From Candidatus Latescibacterota bacterium (GTDB lineage: Bacteria; Latescibacterota; UBA2968; GCA-2709665), in assembly GCA_965219995.1 (NCBI GenBank), contig CBDCOX010000002.1, positions 288,001-352,000 on the forward strand: a stretch of DNA of 64,000 bases, written 5' to 3'. This document shows positions 37,284-49,208 of this stretch, one piece after another. The notes beneath the pieces were generated by a model that was not told the origin of the DNA, did no database searches, and was given only the letters and a program-made list of their open reading frames with translations. A program made the translations under genes and the position numbers. The stretch's first letter is position 1. Each line of letters opens with the position of its first letter.

Positions 37284-37469
37284 ATGTTCGCGAAAGTGGC
37301 GCAGTTCATTAAAGACGTCCAGCTGGAAATGGGCAAGGTGACGTGGCCGACCCGTGACGAGCTGATCGCTTCGACAACGATTGTGCTGGTGGTTTCGCTG
37401 GCGCTTTCCGTATTCATTTTCGCCGTCGACTTCGTGCTTTCGCTGGTTCGCAGATTTGGTATGAGCTGA
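37284..37469 (+). CDS. secE: Preprotein translocase SecE
   Basis: EMGKVTWPTRDEL + TM; located before nusG. Confidence 0.93.
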   Translation: MFAKVAQFIKDVQLEMGKVTWPTRDELIASTTIVLVVSLALSVFIFAVDFVLSLVRRFGMS

Positions 37470-37503
37470 CGGCCTCCGGCTTCCCAACTGAGAGTGATAC
37501 ACC

Positions 37504-38043
37504 ATGGCAATGCGCTGGTACGTCGTGCATACCTATTCAGGACACGAAAACAAAGTGCGTTCCTATCTCGAGAGTGCCAAGGAAGGCACTGAGGTTGCGG
37601 AGAGGATCAACCGGGTCGTCGTACCTACCGAAGAGGTTGTCGAGATGAAGGACGGACGGAAGACAACCTCCTTCAGAAAATTTCTTCCCAGTTACATTCT
37701 TGTCGAAATGGAAATGGATAAGGAGACCATGCACTTCGTCACGAATGTGCCTGGTGTCACGAGCTTCGTCGGGCCCGGGAAGCGCCCCCAGCCGCTTCAC
37801 GAAAAAGAGGTGGAACACGTGCTGGGTCACGTCGACCGGCGGCAGGTTCAGGACGATCAGGAAATCCCCTATCAGGTCGGAGACCGTGTTAAAGTGATCG
37901 ACGGGCCCTTCAGCGAATTCATCGGGATGGTCGACGTCGTGAACCCCGAGAAGAGAAAGATCAAGGTGATGGTGAGTATCTTTGGAAGGAATACCCCCGT
38001 GGAACTGGACGTCCTGCAGGTCGAAGAGGCCGTGGAAGGGTAG
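37504..38043 (+). CDS. nusG: Transcription factor NusG
   Basis: [28 protein letters not shown]. Confidence 0.97.
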   Translation: MAMRWYVVHTYSGHENKVRSYLESAKEGTEVAERINRVVVPTEEVVEMKDGRKTTSFRKFLPSYILVEMEMDKETMHFVTNVPGVTSFVGPGKRPQPLHEKEVEHVLGHVDRRQVQDDQEIPYQVGDRVKVIDGPFSEFIGMVDVVNPEKRKIKVMVSIFGRNTPVELDVLQVEEAVEG

Positions 38044-38047
38044 CGTA

Positions 38048-38473
38048 ATGGCGAAGAAGATCATGACAACCATCAAACTGCAGATTCCGGCTGGCCAGGC
38101 GTCCCCGACGCCGCCAGTCGGTCCGGCGCTTGGCCAGCACGGAGTCAACATCATGGAATTCTGCCAGGCGTTCAACGCGCAGACCAAAGACAAGCAGGGA
38201 TTGATCGTTCCCGCGGTCATTACCGTTTTTACCGACCGCAGTTTCTCGTTTATAACAAAAAGCCCGCCGGCCGCGGTGTTGCTGAAGAGGGCCGCGGGAC
38301 TCGAGAAGGGATCGCCCGAATCCAACCGGACCAAGGTCGGCAGCGTCAATCGGGATCAGGTTCGGGAGATCGCCGAGATGAAAATGGAAGATCTGAATGC
38401 GAGCAGCGTGGAAACCGCCGTACGCATGATCGAAGGAACGGCGCGCAGCGCCGGTATCACGGTTGAAAATTAG
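38048..38473 (+). CDS. rplK: 50S ribosomal protein L11
   Basis: [25 protein letters not shown]. Confidence 0.97.
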   Translation: MAKKIMTTIKLQIPAGQASPTPPVGPALGQHGVNIMEFCQAFNAQTKDKQGLIVPAVITVFTDRSFSFITKSPPAAVLLKRAAGLEKGSPESNRTKVGSVNRDQVREIAEMKMEDLNASSVETAVRMIEGTARSAGITVEN

Positions 38474-38486
38474 GAGGTAACTCATC

Positions 38487-39185
38487 ATGGCTGGGCGCAA
38501 CGGGAGACGATTCAAGACGGCGCTTTCACAGATTGACCGACGCGCGCAATATTCGATTGAAGACGCCGTAACGCTGCTGAAAGACATGCCGGCGCCTAAA
38601 TTCGATCAGACGGTCGAAATGGCCATGCGGCTGGGCGTGGACCCGCGCCAGGCCGACCAGCAGGTCCGCGGTACGGTGATGTTGCCCCACGGGCTTGGCA
38701 AGACGATTCGCGTGGTCGTGTTCGCCAAAGGCGAACAGGCGGCTGCGGCCGAGGGTGCCGGGGCGGATATCGTGGGCGCCGACGACCTGGCCGAACGCAT
38801 CAACGGGGGTTGGACCGATTTCGACGTAGCCATCGCGGCGCCGGACATGATGAGGGTTGTCGGACGTTTGGGAAGGATACTCGGGCCCCGCGGGCTGATG
38901 CCCAATCCCAAGAGCGGCACGGTCACGCCGGACGTGGCGCGGGCGGTGGCGGAGGCCAAGGCGGGTCGCGTGGAGTATCGGGTCGACCGGAATGGAAACG
39001 TCCACGCGCCCGTGGGCAGGGTCTCGTTCGAGAAGAACCGGTTGGTTGAGAATGTCCGAACGCTCTTCGAAACGATTCTGCGCGCGCGTCCTTCTTCTGC
39101 AAAAGGGCAATTTGTCCGTTCGGTTACCCTGGCGACCACGATGGGCCCGGGTGTCCGTATCGATCGGTCCAGTGTGACCAGCTGA
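38487..39185 (+). CDS. rplA: 50S ribosomal protein L1
   Basis: [29 protein letters not shown]. Confidence 0.97.
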   Translation: MAGRNGRRFKTALSQIDRRAQYSIEDAVTLLKDMPAPKFDQTVEMAMRLGVDPRQADQQVRGTVMLPHGLGKTIRVVVFAKGEQAAAAEGAGADIVGADDLAERINGGWTDFDVAIAAPDMMRVVGRLGRILGPRGLMPNPKSGTVTPDVARAVAEAKAGRVEYRVDRNGNVHAPVGRVSFEKNRLVENVRTLFETILRARPSSAKGQFVRSVTLATTMGPGVRIDRSSVTS

Positions 39186-39217
39186 CGGGGCGTGTGCCCG
39201 TAACGGAAGGGAACAGG

Positions 39218-39772
39218 ATGCCAACGGCTGGAAAAATCAGTGCGGTCGATGAATTGACCCAACTCATGAGCAGGTCCCAGGGATTCTGTCTGGCCGATTT
39301 TACCGGTCTCGATGTCCCTGAGGTGACGCGGCTCCGTAAACGGCTGCGCGATGAGGATATAACCTACAGGGTCGTCAAGAATCGCCTGGCGTTGATCGCG
39401 GTAAAAAACGCGGGGATTCAGGGTCTGGAAGAGGTATTGCGGGGGCCAACCGGTCTGGCCAGTTCGGAAATCGACCCGGTCGCACCGGTGAGGCTGCTTC
39501 ACGATTTTGCCGAGGAGTCGAACGGCCTCCCAAGGGTCAAGGGCGGCTTTGCGGACGGACGGGTCTATCGGGAAGATCAGCTGGAGGCGCTTGCCAGACT
39601 GCCCTCGAGGGAAGTGCTGTTGGGGCAGGTGGTGTCGTCGGTCCAGAGTCCATTGAGCGGGCTGGTATTCTGTCTGGGCGGCCTGCTGCAGAACCTCGTT
39701 CTGATTCTGAACGAAATTGCCAAGAAGAAGGGTGAGGCCGGTGTGGATGACCAGGCATTCCGGATCACCTAA
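39218..39772 (+). CDS. rplJ: 50S ribosomal protein L10
   Basis: DFTGL, VVKNRL, LPSREVL. Confidence 0.93.
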   Translation: MPTAGKISAVDELTQLMSRSQGFCLADFTGLDVPEVTRLRKRLRDEDITYRVVKNRLALIAVKNAGIQGLEEVLRGPTGLASSEIDPVAPVRLLHDFAEESNGLPRVKGGFADGRVYREDQLEALARLPSREVLLGQVVSSVQSPLSGLVFCLGGLLQNLVLILNEIAKKKGEAGVDDQAFRIT

Positions 39773-39813
39773 AACCGTTTCAATCATCAGGATAAGACGT
39801 TTGGAGGAAATCC

Positions 39814-40194
39814 ATGGCAATCGCAGACATTATCGATGAAATCGAAAAGCTCTCCGTTCTGGAACTGGCCGAACTGGTCAAGGCGCTCGAAGATAAATTC
39901 GGCGTGAGCGCCCAGGCGATGGTTGCCGCACCGGCGGCCGGCGCCGGCGCCGTCGCCGATGGAGAGGTCGAGGAAGAGGAACAGACGGAATTCGACGTGG
40001 TTTTGAGCGCCATCGGCGACAAGAAAATTCAGGTCATTAAAGTGGTACGCAGCGTCACCAGCCTGGGCTTGAAAGAAGCCAAGGAACTCGTCGACGGTGC
40101 GCCTCGCAGCGTGAAGGAAGGCGTTTCCAAGGAAGAGGCCGACCAGATCAAGGCCGAGTTGGAGGAGGTTGGAGCCGTGGTTGAAATCAAATAG
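39814..40194 (+). CDS. rplL: 50S ribosomal protein L7/L12
   Basis: [24 protein letters not shown]. Confidence 0.97.
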   Translation: MAIADIIDEIEKLSVLELAELVKALEDKFGVSAQAMVAAPAAGAGAVADGEVEEEEQTEFDVVLSAIGDKKIQVIKVVRSVTSLGLKEAKELVDGAPRSVKEGVSKEEADQIKAELEEVGAVVEIK

Positions 40195-40257
40195 ACTCGC
40201 TTCACAGCATTCCTGCCTTCAATCAATGGTCGATTTCACCGGAGGAGCGTGATCATC

Positions 40258-43200
40258 TTGGCGAAAAATGGACTTATAGACAGGAAGTCTTACGGAAAAA
40301 TCGCTTCAGCCATCGAAATGCCGAATCTTCTGGACATCCAGATAGATTCCTACAATTGGTTCTTGCAGAAGGACGTACCGCCTGGTGAACGTGGAAAACA
40401 GGGCCTCCAGGCGGTTTTCCATAGTATCTTTCCGATCAGCGACGTCCACAGGCTTTTTTCACTCGAGTTCGTCGACTATTCCATTGGCACACCCAAGTAC
40501 GACGTGGGTGAATGCCTGGAGCGGGGAACAACCTACGCGGTTCCGTTGCGAGCCACGTTAAGGCTGATTTCCCGCGAAAAGCAGGACAACAAGGAGTTCC
40601 GGATCAAGGATATCGTGGAGCAGACGGTATTCCTGGGCGAACTGCCGCTGATGACGGACGAAGGCACGTTTATCGTCAATGGTTCAGAGCGGGTGATCGT
40701 AAGCCAGTTGCACAGGTCTCCCGGCGTCTTTTTCGATGAAACCATTCACCCCAACGGAAAGCGGCTCTATTCCGCGCGGATCATACCGTACAAGGGCGCC
40801 TGGCTGGAGTTCAGCCTGGATATCAACGATATCATGTACGTGCATATAGACAGGAAGCGGAAGTTGCCGTTTACCACGTTTCTGCGCGCCCTGGGTTTCA
40901 GCCGGAACGAAGAGATTCTAAGCCTGTTTCACGAGAACACGACAGCGAAGGTCGACGAAGACATGGTCGGCGCCGTCGCGATGGAGGACGTGGTCGACAG
41001 GGAAACCGGCGAAGTCATCGTTGAGTCCCGCCAGACGATAACGGAAGAACACTTGCAGGCGCTGACGGACGCAAAGATCGACCGCCTGACCGTACTCGAC
41101 GTGAATGCCGATAACGATGGCGGCGTGATTGCCAATACCCTTCAGAAAGATCCTTGCGACAACGAAGAAGAGGCCCTCTCACGAATCTACAACCTGCTGC
41201 GACCGGGCGATCCGCCGAATCTGGAGACGGCGCGCGGTCTGCTTGAGCGACAGTTCTTCAGCCCCAAGCGCTATCAGTTGGGCGAAGTCGGGCGTTATCG
41301 TCTGAATCAGCGGCTGAATCTCAACATTCCGCTGGAATTCACCACCCTGTGCATTGAGGATTTTCACAGGGTCATCCAATACCTGCTGGTCCTGTTCAAG
41401 GGCGAAGGCTATACGGACGACATCGACCATCTCGGCAATCGGCGCATCCGGACCGTGGGCGAGCTCCTGTCATACCATTTTTCAACCGGCCTTGTACGCA
41501 TGGCCAGAACGATCAGAGAGCGGATGAGTCTCAGGGATACGGAGCAGATTACACCGCAGGATCTGGTCAATGCGAGGACCGTGTCGACCGTGGTTCAGGC
41601 GTTCTTCGGCAGCAGCCAGCTTTCCCAGTTCCTTCAACAGACCAATCCCCTGGACGAGTTGTCGCACAAGCGGCGGCTGTCCGCGCTGGGTCCCGGCGGA
41701 CTGACGCGCGACAGGGCCGGCTTTGAGGTACGTGACGTTCACCATACCCACTACGGGCGGATTTGCCCCATCGAAACGCCGGAAGGTCCCAATATCGGCC
41801 TTATCGCAAACATCTCCACGTACGCCAAGATCAACGCCCTCGGATTTCTTGAAACGCCGTACCGGGTTGTAAAAGACGGAAGGGTGACATCGGAGATCAG
41901 GTATTTGTCCGCGGACGAGGAAGACAAACACACCATCGCCCAGGCCAATGCAATGCTCGACACTGACGGGCGATTCCAGGATTCCGCGGTGCAGGCCCGC
42001 CGGCGAGGCGACTTTCCCCTCGTCGCGCCTACGGAAGTCGATTATATGGACGTCTCACCGTGCCAGCTGGTCAGTACGGCTGCGTCCCTGATTCCGTTTC
42101 TGGAGCACGACGATGCCAACCGCGCCCTGATGGGCTCGAATATGCAACGACAGGCTGTGCCGCTGCTCCGGACAGAAGCGCCGTTCGTAGGTACCGGAAT
42201 GGAACACGCGGTCGCCGTGGATTCCAAGGCGGTCGTAACGGCGAAGAGCCCGGGAACGGTCACCTACGTGAGTGCGGACAAGATCGTGGTGAAGCGTCGA
42301 AAGGGCCCCAGCCTCGAATTGATCGATTTGTTCGACGACGATATTTACAGCCTTATCAAATTCAAACGGTCGAACCAGGATTTCTGCATCAGCCAGAAGC
42401 CGCTCGTGAGGGTCGGCGACAAGGTTAAAGCCGGCGATCTCCTGGCGGACGGCTGCGCCACGGACCGGGGGGACCTTGCCCTCGGAGCAAACGTGTTGTG
42501 CGCGTTCATGTCCTGGAACGGGTACAATTTCGAAGATGCGATCATCGTTTCCGAGCGGCTGTTGAAGAAAGACATATTTACGTCGATATCCATTGAGGAA
42601 TTCGAGCTCCAGGTGCGTGACACCAAGCGGGGTGTGGAGGAGATAACGAGGGAGATTCCGAACGTCAGCGAACAGGCGGTGCGCAACCTGGATGAGCAGG
42701 GCATCGTCCGGTCCGGCGCCGAGGTGACGTCCGGCGATATTCTCGTCGGTAAAGTCACTCCCAAGGGAGAAACCGAACTGTCTCCCGAAGAACGCCTTTT
42801 GCGCGCAATTTTCGGAGAGAAAGCGGGAGACGTCAGAGATGCGTCCTTAAAGGCGCCGTCCGGAATGGACGGGGTTGTCATGGACCGGAAGGTTTTTTCG
42901 CGAAAAGACCGGGAAAAGACCCGCAAGGCAGATAAGGAGAAGACAGCCACCGTCAAGACACGGATCCAGGAGAAAGTCAAAGCGATAAAGTCCAGCAGGG
43001 ACGAACAGGTGGCGGAGCAGCTGCGGGGCAGAAAGCTGAAACTGTTGCGGAATACCGAAGACGGCTCCGTCGCGGCCCGTTCCGGAAGGGCATTCGATGA
43101 GAAGCTGGCCCAGAAGCTCGACCTGGATGTCGTTCGGCCGGACGACGCATGGGTCGACGATGCCGACGTCGACCGGAAGGTCGCCCGCATCATCGAACTG

Positions 43201-44025
43201 GCGGAGAAGCTGATCCGTGCCGCGGAAGACGAACTGGAGCGGGAGCTGGAAAAAATCGCACGGGGCGATGAGCTTCCTCCGGGAATCGTCCAGCTCGTCA
43301 AAGTGTACATCGCCCGAAAGCGCAAGCTGATGGTCGGCGACAAGATGGCCGGACGCCATGGCAACAAGGGTGTCGTTTCGATCATCGTACCGGAAGAGGA
43401 TATGCCTTATCTTCCCGATGGCACCCCGATCGACATTATCCTTAACCCGCTGGGTGTGCCGTCACGCATGAATCTGGGGCAGATTCTCGAGACCCATCTC
43501 GGATGGGCCGCACAGGCGCTGGACCTTCACGTCGCCACGCCCGTTTTCGACGGCGCTACGCTCGAGGACATCAAGTCGGCGTTGGGCAAGGCCCGGTTGC
43601 CGGAAACCGGAAAAACCGTGTTGTACGACGGCAAGACGGGAAAGCCCTTCGACAAAGAGGTCATGGTCGGTTTCATCTATATGTTGAAACTGTCACACCT
43701 GGTCAGCGACAAGATCCATGCCCGTTCCATCGGACCCTATTCGCTGGTGACGCAACAGCCCCTTGGCGGAAAGGCGCAATTCGGCGGCCAGCGGTTCGGC
43801 GAAATGGAGGTCTGGGCGCTCGAGGCGTACGGCGCCGCATATATGCTGCAGGAGATGCTGACCGTCAAGTCCGATGACGTTGCAGGACGTTCAAAGATCT
43901 ACGAAGCGATCGTAAAGGGCGAAAATCCGCCTGAACCGGGGGTTCCGGAATCCTTCAACGTATTGGTGAAGGAATTGCAGAGCCTGTGTCTGGACGTGGT
44001 TCTGGAGAACGGCCAGGGCGGGTGA
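40258..44025 (+). CDS. rpoB: RNA polymerase beta subunit (start 40249 GTG or 40258 TTG)
   Basis: [49 protein letters not shown]. Confidence 0.99.
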   Translation: MAKNGLIDRKSYGKIASAIEMPNLLDIQIDSYNWFLQKDVPPGERGKQGLQAVFHSIFPISDVHRLFSLEFVDYSIGTPKYDVGECLERGTTYAVPLRATLRLISREKQDNKEFRIKDIVEQTVFLGELPLMTDEGTFIVNGSERVIVSQLHRSPGVFFDETIHPNGKRLYSARIIPYKGAWLEFSLDINDIMYVHIDRKRKLPFTTFLRALGFSRNEEILSLFHENTTAKVDEDMVGAVAMEDVVDRETGEVIVESRQTITEEHLQALTDAKIDRLTVLDVNADNDGGVIANTLQKDPCDNEEEALSRIYNLLRPGDPPNLETARGLLERQFFSPKRYQLGEVGRYRLNQRLNLNIPLEFTTLCIEDFHRVIQYLLVLFKGEGYTDDIDHLGNRRIRTVGELLSYHFSTGLVRMARTIRERMSLRDTEQITPQDLVNARTVSTVVQAFFGSSQLSQFLQQTNPLDELSHKRRLSALGPGGLTRDRAGFEVRDVHHTHYGRICPIETPEGPNIGLIANISTYAKINALGFLETPYRVVKDGRVTSEIRYLSADEEDKHTIAQANAMLDTDGRFQDSAVQARRRGDFPLVAPTEVDYMDVSPCQLVSTAASLIPFLEHDDANRALMGSNMQRQAVPLLRTEAPFVGTGMEHAVAVDSKAVVTAKSPGTVTYVSADKIVVKRRKGPSLELIDLFDDDIYSLIKFKRSNQDFCISQKPLVRVGDKVKAGDLLADGCATDRGDLALGANVLCAFMSWNGYNFEDAIIVSERLLKKDIFTSISIEEFELQVRDTKRGVEEITREIPNVSEQAVRNLDEQGIVRSGAEVTSGDILVGKVTPKGETELSPEERLLRAIFGEKAGDVRDASLKAPSGMDGVVMDRKVFSRKDREKTRKADKEKTATVKTRIQEKVKAIKSSRDEQVAEQLRGRKLKLLRNTEDGSVAARSGRAFDEKLAQKLDLDVVRPDDAWVDDADVDRKVARIIELAEKLIRAAEDELERELEKIARGDELPPGIVQLVKVYIARKRKLMVGDKMAGRHGNKGVVSIIVPEEDMPYLPDGTPIDIILNPLGVPSRMNLGQILETHLGWAAQALDLHVATPVFDGATLEDIKSALGKARLPETGKTVLYDGKTGKPFDKEVMVGFIYMLKLSHLVSDKIHARSIGPYSLVTQQPLGGKAQFGGQRFGEMEVWALEAYGAAYMLQEMLTVKSDDVAGRSKIYEAIVKGENPPEPGVPESFNVLVKELQSLCLDVVLENGQGG

Positions 44026-44083
44026 ATTCTTCTAGCTGGGGCATCTTTTTTAGAATTTCGATCGCAAAAAGGGGGTAAGGCCC

Positions 44084-47000
44084 GTGGCGGACATCAACAC
44101 TTCCAAGCGGCCCACAGAGTTCAATTCGATCCGTATTCAACTGGCTTCTCCGGAGACGATCCGGGGCTGGTCCCGCGGTGAGGTGACCAAGCCGGAAACC
44201 ATCAATTACCGCTCGTTCAAGCCGGAACGCGACGGTCTCTTCTGCGAACGCATCTTCGGTCCGGTTAAAGATTGGGAATGCAGCTGCGGCAAATACAAGA
44301 GGATTCGTTACCGGGGCGTGGTCTGCGACCGGTGCGGCGTTGAAGTCACCCAGTCCAAGGTGCGACGCGAGCGTCTGGGCCATATCGAACTCGCGGTGCC
44401 GGTTACGCATATCTGGTTCTTCAAGTCGCTTCCTTCCCGCATGGGTTATCTGCTGGACATCACCATTCGCAACCTTGAACGGATCATCTATTACGAGTCA
44501 TACGTTGTATTGGATCCGGGAGACGCGCCCGATCTGAAGTATAAGGACCTTCTCTCCGAAGACGAGGCATTTGAACTTGAAGCGAAGGGGTACAACTTTA
44601 CTGCGGACATGGGCGCGGTCGCGCTCAGAAAGCTGCTCAGCGAAATAGACGTTGAGGAACTTTCGGCCGAGTTGCGCACCCAGGCGCGCATGGAAACCTC
44701 GGTTCAGCGTAAGCAGGAGGCATTGAAACGGCTCAAGGTGGTCGAGGCGTTTCGACAGTCCGACAATCATCCGTCATGGATGATCCTGGACGTCATCCCC
44801 GTGATTCCACCGGACCTTCGGCCGCTGGTTCCTCTGGAGGGCGGAAGGTTTGCCACGTCGGATCTGAACGATCTCTATCGGAGAGTCATCAACCGGAACA
44901 ACAGGTTGAAGAAACTGATCGAAATCAAGGCGCCGGAAGTTATCCTCCGTAACGAGAAACGCATGCTTCAGGAGGCTGTCGACGCGCTCTTCGACAATGG
45001 CCGCAGGTCTCGCGCGGTGCGCGGCGACGGCAATCGTTCCCTGAAGTCGCTCTCCGATCTGCTCAAGGGAAAACAGGGCCGCTTCCGCCAGAATCTGCTC
45101 GGCAAGCGGGTCGATTATTCCGGCCGGTCGGTAATCGTCGTCGACCCCAATCTCAGGCTGCATCAATGCGGGCTTCCAAAGCACATGGCGCTTGAACTGT
45201 TCAAGCCGTTTATCATCAAAAAGCTGGAAGAGCGTGGATTGGTCCAGACCGTGAAAAGCGCGAAAAAGCTGGTCGAGCGCGAACGGGTCGAGGTATGGGA
45301 CATTCTCGAAGACATCATTCAGGATCACTACGTCCTGCTGAACCGTGCGCCCACGCTGCATCGGCTGGGCATCCAGGCGTTCCAGCCCGTGCTTGTGGAA
45401 GGAAAGGCGATTCGAATTCATCCTCTGGTGTGCGCGGCGTTCAATGCGGACTTCGACGGAGACCAGATGGCCGTCCACGTGCCCCTGTCTTTCGAGGCGC
45501 AGATCGAAGCCCGAATCCTGATCATGTCCGCGAACAATATGCTCAAGCCGGCAGACGGATCGGCGGTGATCGTACACAACCCGCAGGACATCGCCATGGG
45601 CTGCTATTATCTGACCAAAATCGTCCAGCAGCCCGACGGGAAGCAGCTCAAGGCGTTCGGCAGCCCCAACGAAGCGTTGATTGCGCACGATTACGGCAAG
45701 ATTGACCTGCACGAAGCCATTCGTGTCCGGGTCGACGGCGAGCTGTTGACGACGACCGTAGGCCAGGTGATTTTCAATGAGATCCTGCCCGACGGAATGC
45801 CCTTTATCAATCAGATGGTTGACAAGCCGGTAATACAGAAGGTTACCACGGACGTCCATCGGCGATTCGGCAATCGGGCGACCGTGGAATTCGCCGACGG
45901 CCTGAAGCGCCTGGGTTACGACTACGCCACCCAGTCCGGCGTGACGGTCTCGATGGACGACGTCGTGGTTCCGCCCAGGAAACAGGAACTCATCGACAGG
46001 GCCAAGGGTGAGGTCGATCGAATCCAGCAACAGCACGGCCACGGCGTCATCACGGAGGGCGAGCGATACAACAAGGTCATCGACGTCTGGCAGCACACCA
46101 CGAACAATATCGCCGAAATGATGAACGAGGCCCTGGAGCATTCCGAGGCGGGTTTCAACTCCATCTACATCATGAAAGACTCCGGCGCTCGCGGCAGCGA
46201 CGATCAGGTGAAACAGCTGGGCGGCATGCGCGGGCTGATGAACAAACCCCAGAAGAAGCTCACCGGAGCGATCGGTGAAATCATCGAGACGCCCATCGTT
46301 GCCTCCTTTAAAGAGGGTCTCTCGGTACTGGAGTACTTCATATCCACGCACGGGGCAAGAAAGGGGCTGGCCGATACGGCGCTGAAAACCGCCGAGGCAG
46401 GGTACCTTACCCGCCGTATGGTGGACGTGGCGCAGGACGGCGTGATCAACGAAGGCGACTGCGGCACCATCATGGGCATTGAACTCGAAGCGCTCAAAGA
46501 GGGCGAGGAGGTGGTCGAGCCCCTGGCGGATCGCATCGTCGGCCGAACCCTGCTGGAAGATGTTTACGATCCCATCGGAGGCGAGATCATCGTGGAAAGC
46601 GGTAAGCTGCTCGACGAGGCAACCGCCGCCAGAATCGCCGATGCGGGTGTGGAACGGGTGAATGTACGGTCGGTACTGACGTGCGAGGCCCGGCGGGGCA
46701 TCTGCGCCAAGTGCTATGGTCGTAATCTCGCCACCGGGAGGCTCGTCGATATCGGCGAGGCCGTCGGAGTGATTGCCGCACAGAGCGTCGGCGAGCCCGG
46801 CACCCAGCTCACGCTCCGTACATTCCATATCGGCGGCACGTCCAGCCGAATCGCAGAGCAGGCCGAAATCGTGGCGAAGCGGGCCGGCGTGGTGCGGTTC
46901 ATCAACATCGACTGCGTGACCCGAAGCGATGGGCAGCGCATTGCGGTCGGCAGGAATGGCGAGTTCGAGGTTCAGGACGATCAGGGACGTCCCCGGGGCG

Positions 47001-48172
47001 GCCACTATTATGTGCCCTACGGCGCCGTGTTGAAAGTCGAGCACGAGCAGGTGGTGGACGAAAGCCAGGTCCTTTACGAATGGGATCCCTACAACAATAT
47101 TATCGTCTCCAACCGGCCCGGCACCGTCGAATTCGTCGATCTTGTGGAAGGGGTAACCTACCGCGAAGAGGCCGATGAGACCACGGGTCTGGCGGCACAG
47201 GTGGTCACCGAGCACCGCGACCGTACGCTCTCCCCGCGGATTCGCATTGTGGATGCCGCGGGCAATGAGGTCGGCCACTACATTATTCCCGTAGGCGCTC
47301 GTCTCGTTGTACACGACGAGGACCGGATCGGCGCCGGCGATACCCTGGCGAAGATTCCGCGCGAACGCAGCAAGACGCGGGACATCACCGGCGGGCTGCC
47401 CCGCGTTGCGGAACTCTTCGAGGCGAGGCGACCCAAGGATCCCGCCGTGGTCACGGAGATCGACGGTACCGTCAGTTTCGGCGGACTCGTACGGGGTTCC
47501 AGGACCGTAATTGTCACGTCTGACGACGGCGAAGAGCGGAAATATACGATTCCCTATGGTAAACACCTCCGGGTTCAGGAGAACGACCGGGTGCAGGCCG
47601 GCGAACAGCTTTCCGAAGGGTCGGTGAATCCGCACGACATACTGCAGATCCAGGGCATTCAGGCGGTGCAGGAGTATCTGGTGAACGAGATCCAGGCCGT
47701 GTATCGCATGCAGGGCGTCCGGATCAACGACAAGCATATCGAGTGCATTGTCCGCCAGATGCTGCAAAAGGTTCAGGTTACGGATCCGGGCGATACGAAT
47801 TTCCTGGAAGGAGAAACCGTAGACCGCTTCCGCTTCCGCGACGAAAACGACAAGGTGATTGCCGAAGGCGGCGATCCGGCAACGTTCCACCCGGTGTTGC
47901 TGGGCATTACAAGGGCCTCGCTGATGACCGACAGCTTTATTTCCGCCGCGTCGTTCCAGGAGACCACGCGCGTCTTGACGGAGGCATCCGTCCAGGGCAA
48001 GATGGACGGCCTGCTCGGATTGAAGGAAAACGTCATCATAGGTCACCTGATTCCGGCCGGTACCGGTTCGGAACGGTATCGCGAGGTCCAGGCGGTGTCT
48101 CTGGAGAAGGATGCCGAGGAGGTACCCGACGAAGGTCTCGAAAACGTCGGCCTTCCGCCGATAAATGCTTGA
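44084..48172 (+). CDS. rpoC: RNA polymerase beta' subunit
   Basis: Zn finger [26 protein letters not shown]. Confidence 0.99.
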   Translation: MADINTSKRPTEFNSIRIQLASPETIRGWSRGEVTKPETINYRSFKPERDGLFCERIFGPVKDWECSCGKYKRIRYRGVVCDRCGVEVTQSKVRRERLGHIELAVPVTHIWFFKSLPSRMGYLLDITIRNLERIIYYESYVVLDPGDAPDLKYKDLLSEDEAFELEAKGYNFTADMGAVALRKLLSEIDVEELSAELRTQARMETSVQRKQEALKRLKVVEAFRQSDNHPSWMILDVIPVIPPDLRPLVPLEGGRFATSDLNDLYRRVINRNNRLKKLIEIKAPEVILRNEKRMLQEAVDALFDNGRRSRAVRGDGNRSLKSLSDLLKGKQGRFRQNLLGKRVDYSGRSVIVVDPNLRLHQCGLPKHMALELFKPFIIKKLEERGLVQTVKSAKKLVERERVEVWDILEDIIQDHYVLLNRAPTLHRLGIQAFQPVLVEGKAIRIHPLVCAAFNADFDGDQMAVHVPLSFEAQIEARILIMSANNMLKPADGSAVIVHNPQDIAMGCYYLTKIVQQPDGKQLKAFGSPNEALIAHDYGKIDLHEAIRVRVDGELLTTTVGQVIFNEILPDGMPFINQMVDKPVIQKVTTDVHRRFGNRATVEFADGLKRLGYDYATQSGVTVSMDDVVVPPRKQELIDRAKGEVDRIQQQHGHGVITEGERYNKVIDVWQHTTNNIAEMMNEALEHSEAGFNSIYIMKDSGARGSDDQVKQLGGMRGLMNKPQKKLTGAIGEIIETPIVASFKEGLSVLEYFISTHGARKGLADTALKTAEAGYLTRRMVDVAQDGVINEGDCGTIMGIELEALKEGEEVVEPLADRIVGRTLLEDVYDPIGGEIIVESGKLLDEATAARIADAGVERVNVRSVLTCEARRGICAKCYGRNLATGRLVDIGEAVGVIAAQSVGEPGTQLTLRTFHIGGTSSRIAEQAEIVAKRAGVVRFINIDCVTRSDGQRIAVGRNGEFEVQDDQGRPRGGHYYVPYGAVLKVEHEQVVDESQVLYEWDPYNNIIVSNRPGTVEFVDLVEGVTYREEADETTGLAAQVVTEHRDRTLSPRIRIVDAAGNEVGHYIIPVGARLVVHDEDRIGAGDTLAKIPRERSKTRDITGGLPRVAELFEARRPKDPAVVTEIDGTVSFGGLVRGSRTVIVTSDDGEERKYTIPYGKHLRVQENDRVQAGEQLSEGSVNPHDILQIQGIQAVQEYLVNEIQAVYRMQGVRINDKHIECIVRQMLQKVQVTDPGDTNFLEGETVDRFRFRDENDKVIAEGGDPATFHPVLLGITRASLMTDSFISAASFQETTRVLTEASVQGKMDGLLGLKENVIIGHLIPAGTGSERYREVQAVSLEKDAEEVPDEGLENVGLPPINA

Positions 48173-48197
48173 CAAGCAGGCTTCAAATTGTTATAAT
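48169..48197 (+). promoter_or_regulatory. Consensus sigma70 promoter of the str operon
   Basis: TTGACA-N17-TATAAT with extended -10 TG. Confidence 0.9.
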
Positions 48198-48276
48198 GCA
48201 AGTCTATGGCCGAATTTAGCCGTTAACGGCAAAGTCGACCGCGTCGGTCCGGATGTGAACCATACAGGAGGTTGTT

Positions 48277-48648
48277 TTGCCCACCATCAACCAGCTGGTG
48301 CGCAAAGGTCGCAAGTTAAAGGCGAAGCGGTCGTCCGCCCCGGCATTGCGGGGATGTCCGCAGAAGCGGGGCGTCTGTACGCGGGTGTATACCACAACCC
48401 CCAAGAAACCGAACTCAGCTCTGCGTAAGGTTGCCCGCGTCCGCCTGACGAACGGGATGGAGGTCACAGCCTATATCCCTGGCGAAGGCCATAACCTCCA
48501 GGAACACTCAGTTGTGCTCATTCGGGGAGGGCGGGTACGGGATCTGCCGTCGGTTCGTTACCACATTATCCGCGGCGTTCTGGACACGACCGGTGTCTCC
48601 GACCGAAAACAGAGTCGGTCCAAATACGGTGCCAAGACACCTCAATAG
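48277..48648 (+). CDS. rpsL: 30S ribosomal protein S12 (TTG start)
   Basis: [20 protein letters not shown]; AGGAGG RBS. Confidence 0.98.
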   Translation: MPTINQLVRKGRKLKAKRSSAPALRGCPQKRGVCTRVYTTTPKKPNSALRKVARVRLTNGMEVTAYIPGEGHNLQEHSVVLIRGGRVRDLPSVRYHIIRGVLDTTGVSDRKQSRSKYGAKTPQ

Positions 48649-48735
48649 GACTTGCGGGTTTATGTAAGGGTTTGTTTCGGGGGATAACGCTGGAGTCGGC
48701 AGTAAACGGTGTGTCCCCCTTGTTTTGAGGGCGTT

Positions 48736-49203
48736 ATGAGAAAGAGGCGGGCCGAGAAAAGAGCGCTTTCGCCCGATCCCAAGTACGGCAGCGTTCTGGT
48801 GACGCAGTTCGTAAACAGCCTGTTTCGAAAGGGCAAGAAAAGCATCGGCGAGAAGATACTGTATCGAGCGCTGGACCTGATCGCCGAGCGTACGGACAAG
48901 ACGGGGCTGGAAGTGTTCGAGCAGGCGGTTGAAAACGCCAAGCCGATCATCCAGGTAAAATCCCGGCGTGTGGGCGGCACGACCTACCAGGTGCCGGTCG
49001 AAGTAAGGTCGGATGAGCGGCTTTCTCTATCGATCGGCTGGCTGATTACGTTCGCGCGCGGGCGCGGCGAGAAAACCATGTCACAAAGACTCGCCGGTGA
49101 GTTGATGGACGCGGCAAGCGGCCGCGGACGGGCGATGCAGCGAAGAGAAGAGACACACCGCATGGCCGAGGCAAACCGGGCGTTCGCACACTATCGTTGG
49201 TAA
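48736..49203 (+). CDS. rpsG: 30S ribosomal protein S7
   Basis: [23 protein letters not shown]. Confidence 0.97.
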   Translation: MRKRRAEKRALSPDPKYGSVLVTQFVNSLFRKGKKSIGEKILYRALDLIAERTDKTGLEVFEQAVENAKPIIQVKSRRVGGTTYQVPVEVRSDERLSLSIGWLITFARGRGEKTMSQRLAGELMDAASGRGRAMQRREETHRMAEANRAFAHYRW

Positions 49204-49208
49204 CGGAA

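Noticed and set aside
44774-48175. 1133-aa minus-strand ORF, and similar antisense ORFs over pot, bat, fusA, tuf and secY
   Set aside because: Shadow ORFs caused by GC-rich codon bias of the real + strand genes; no recognisable domains.
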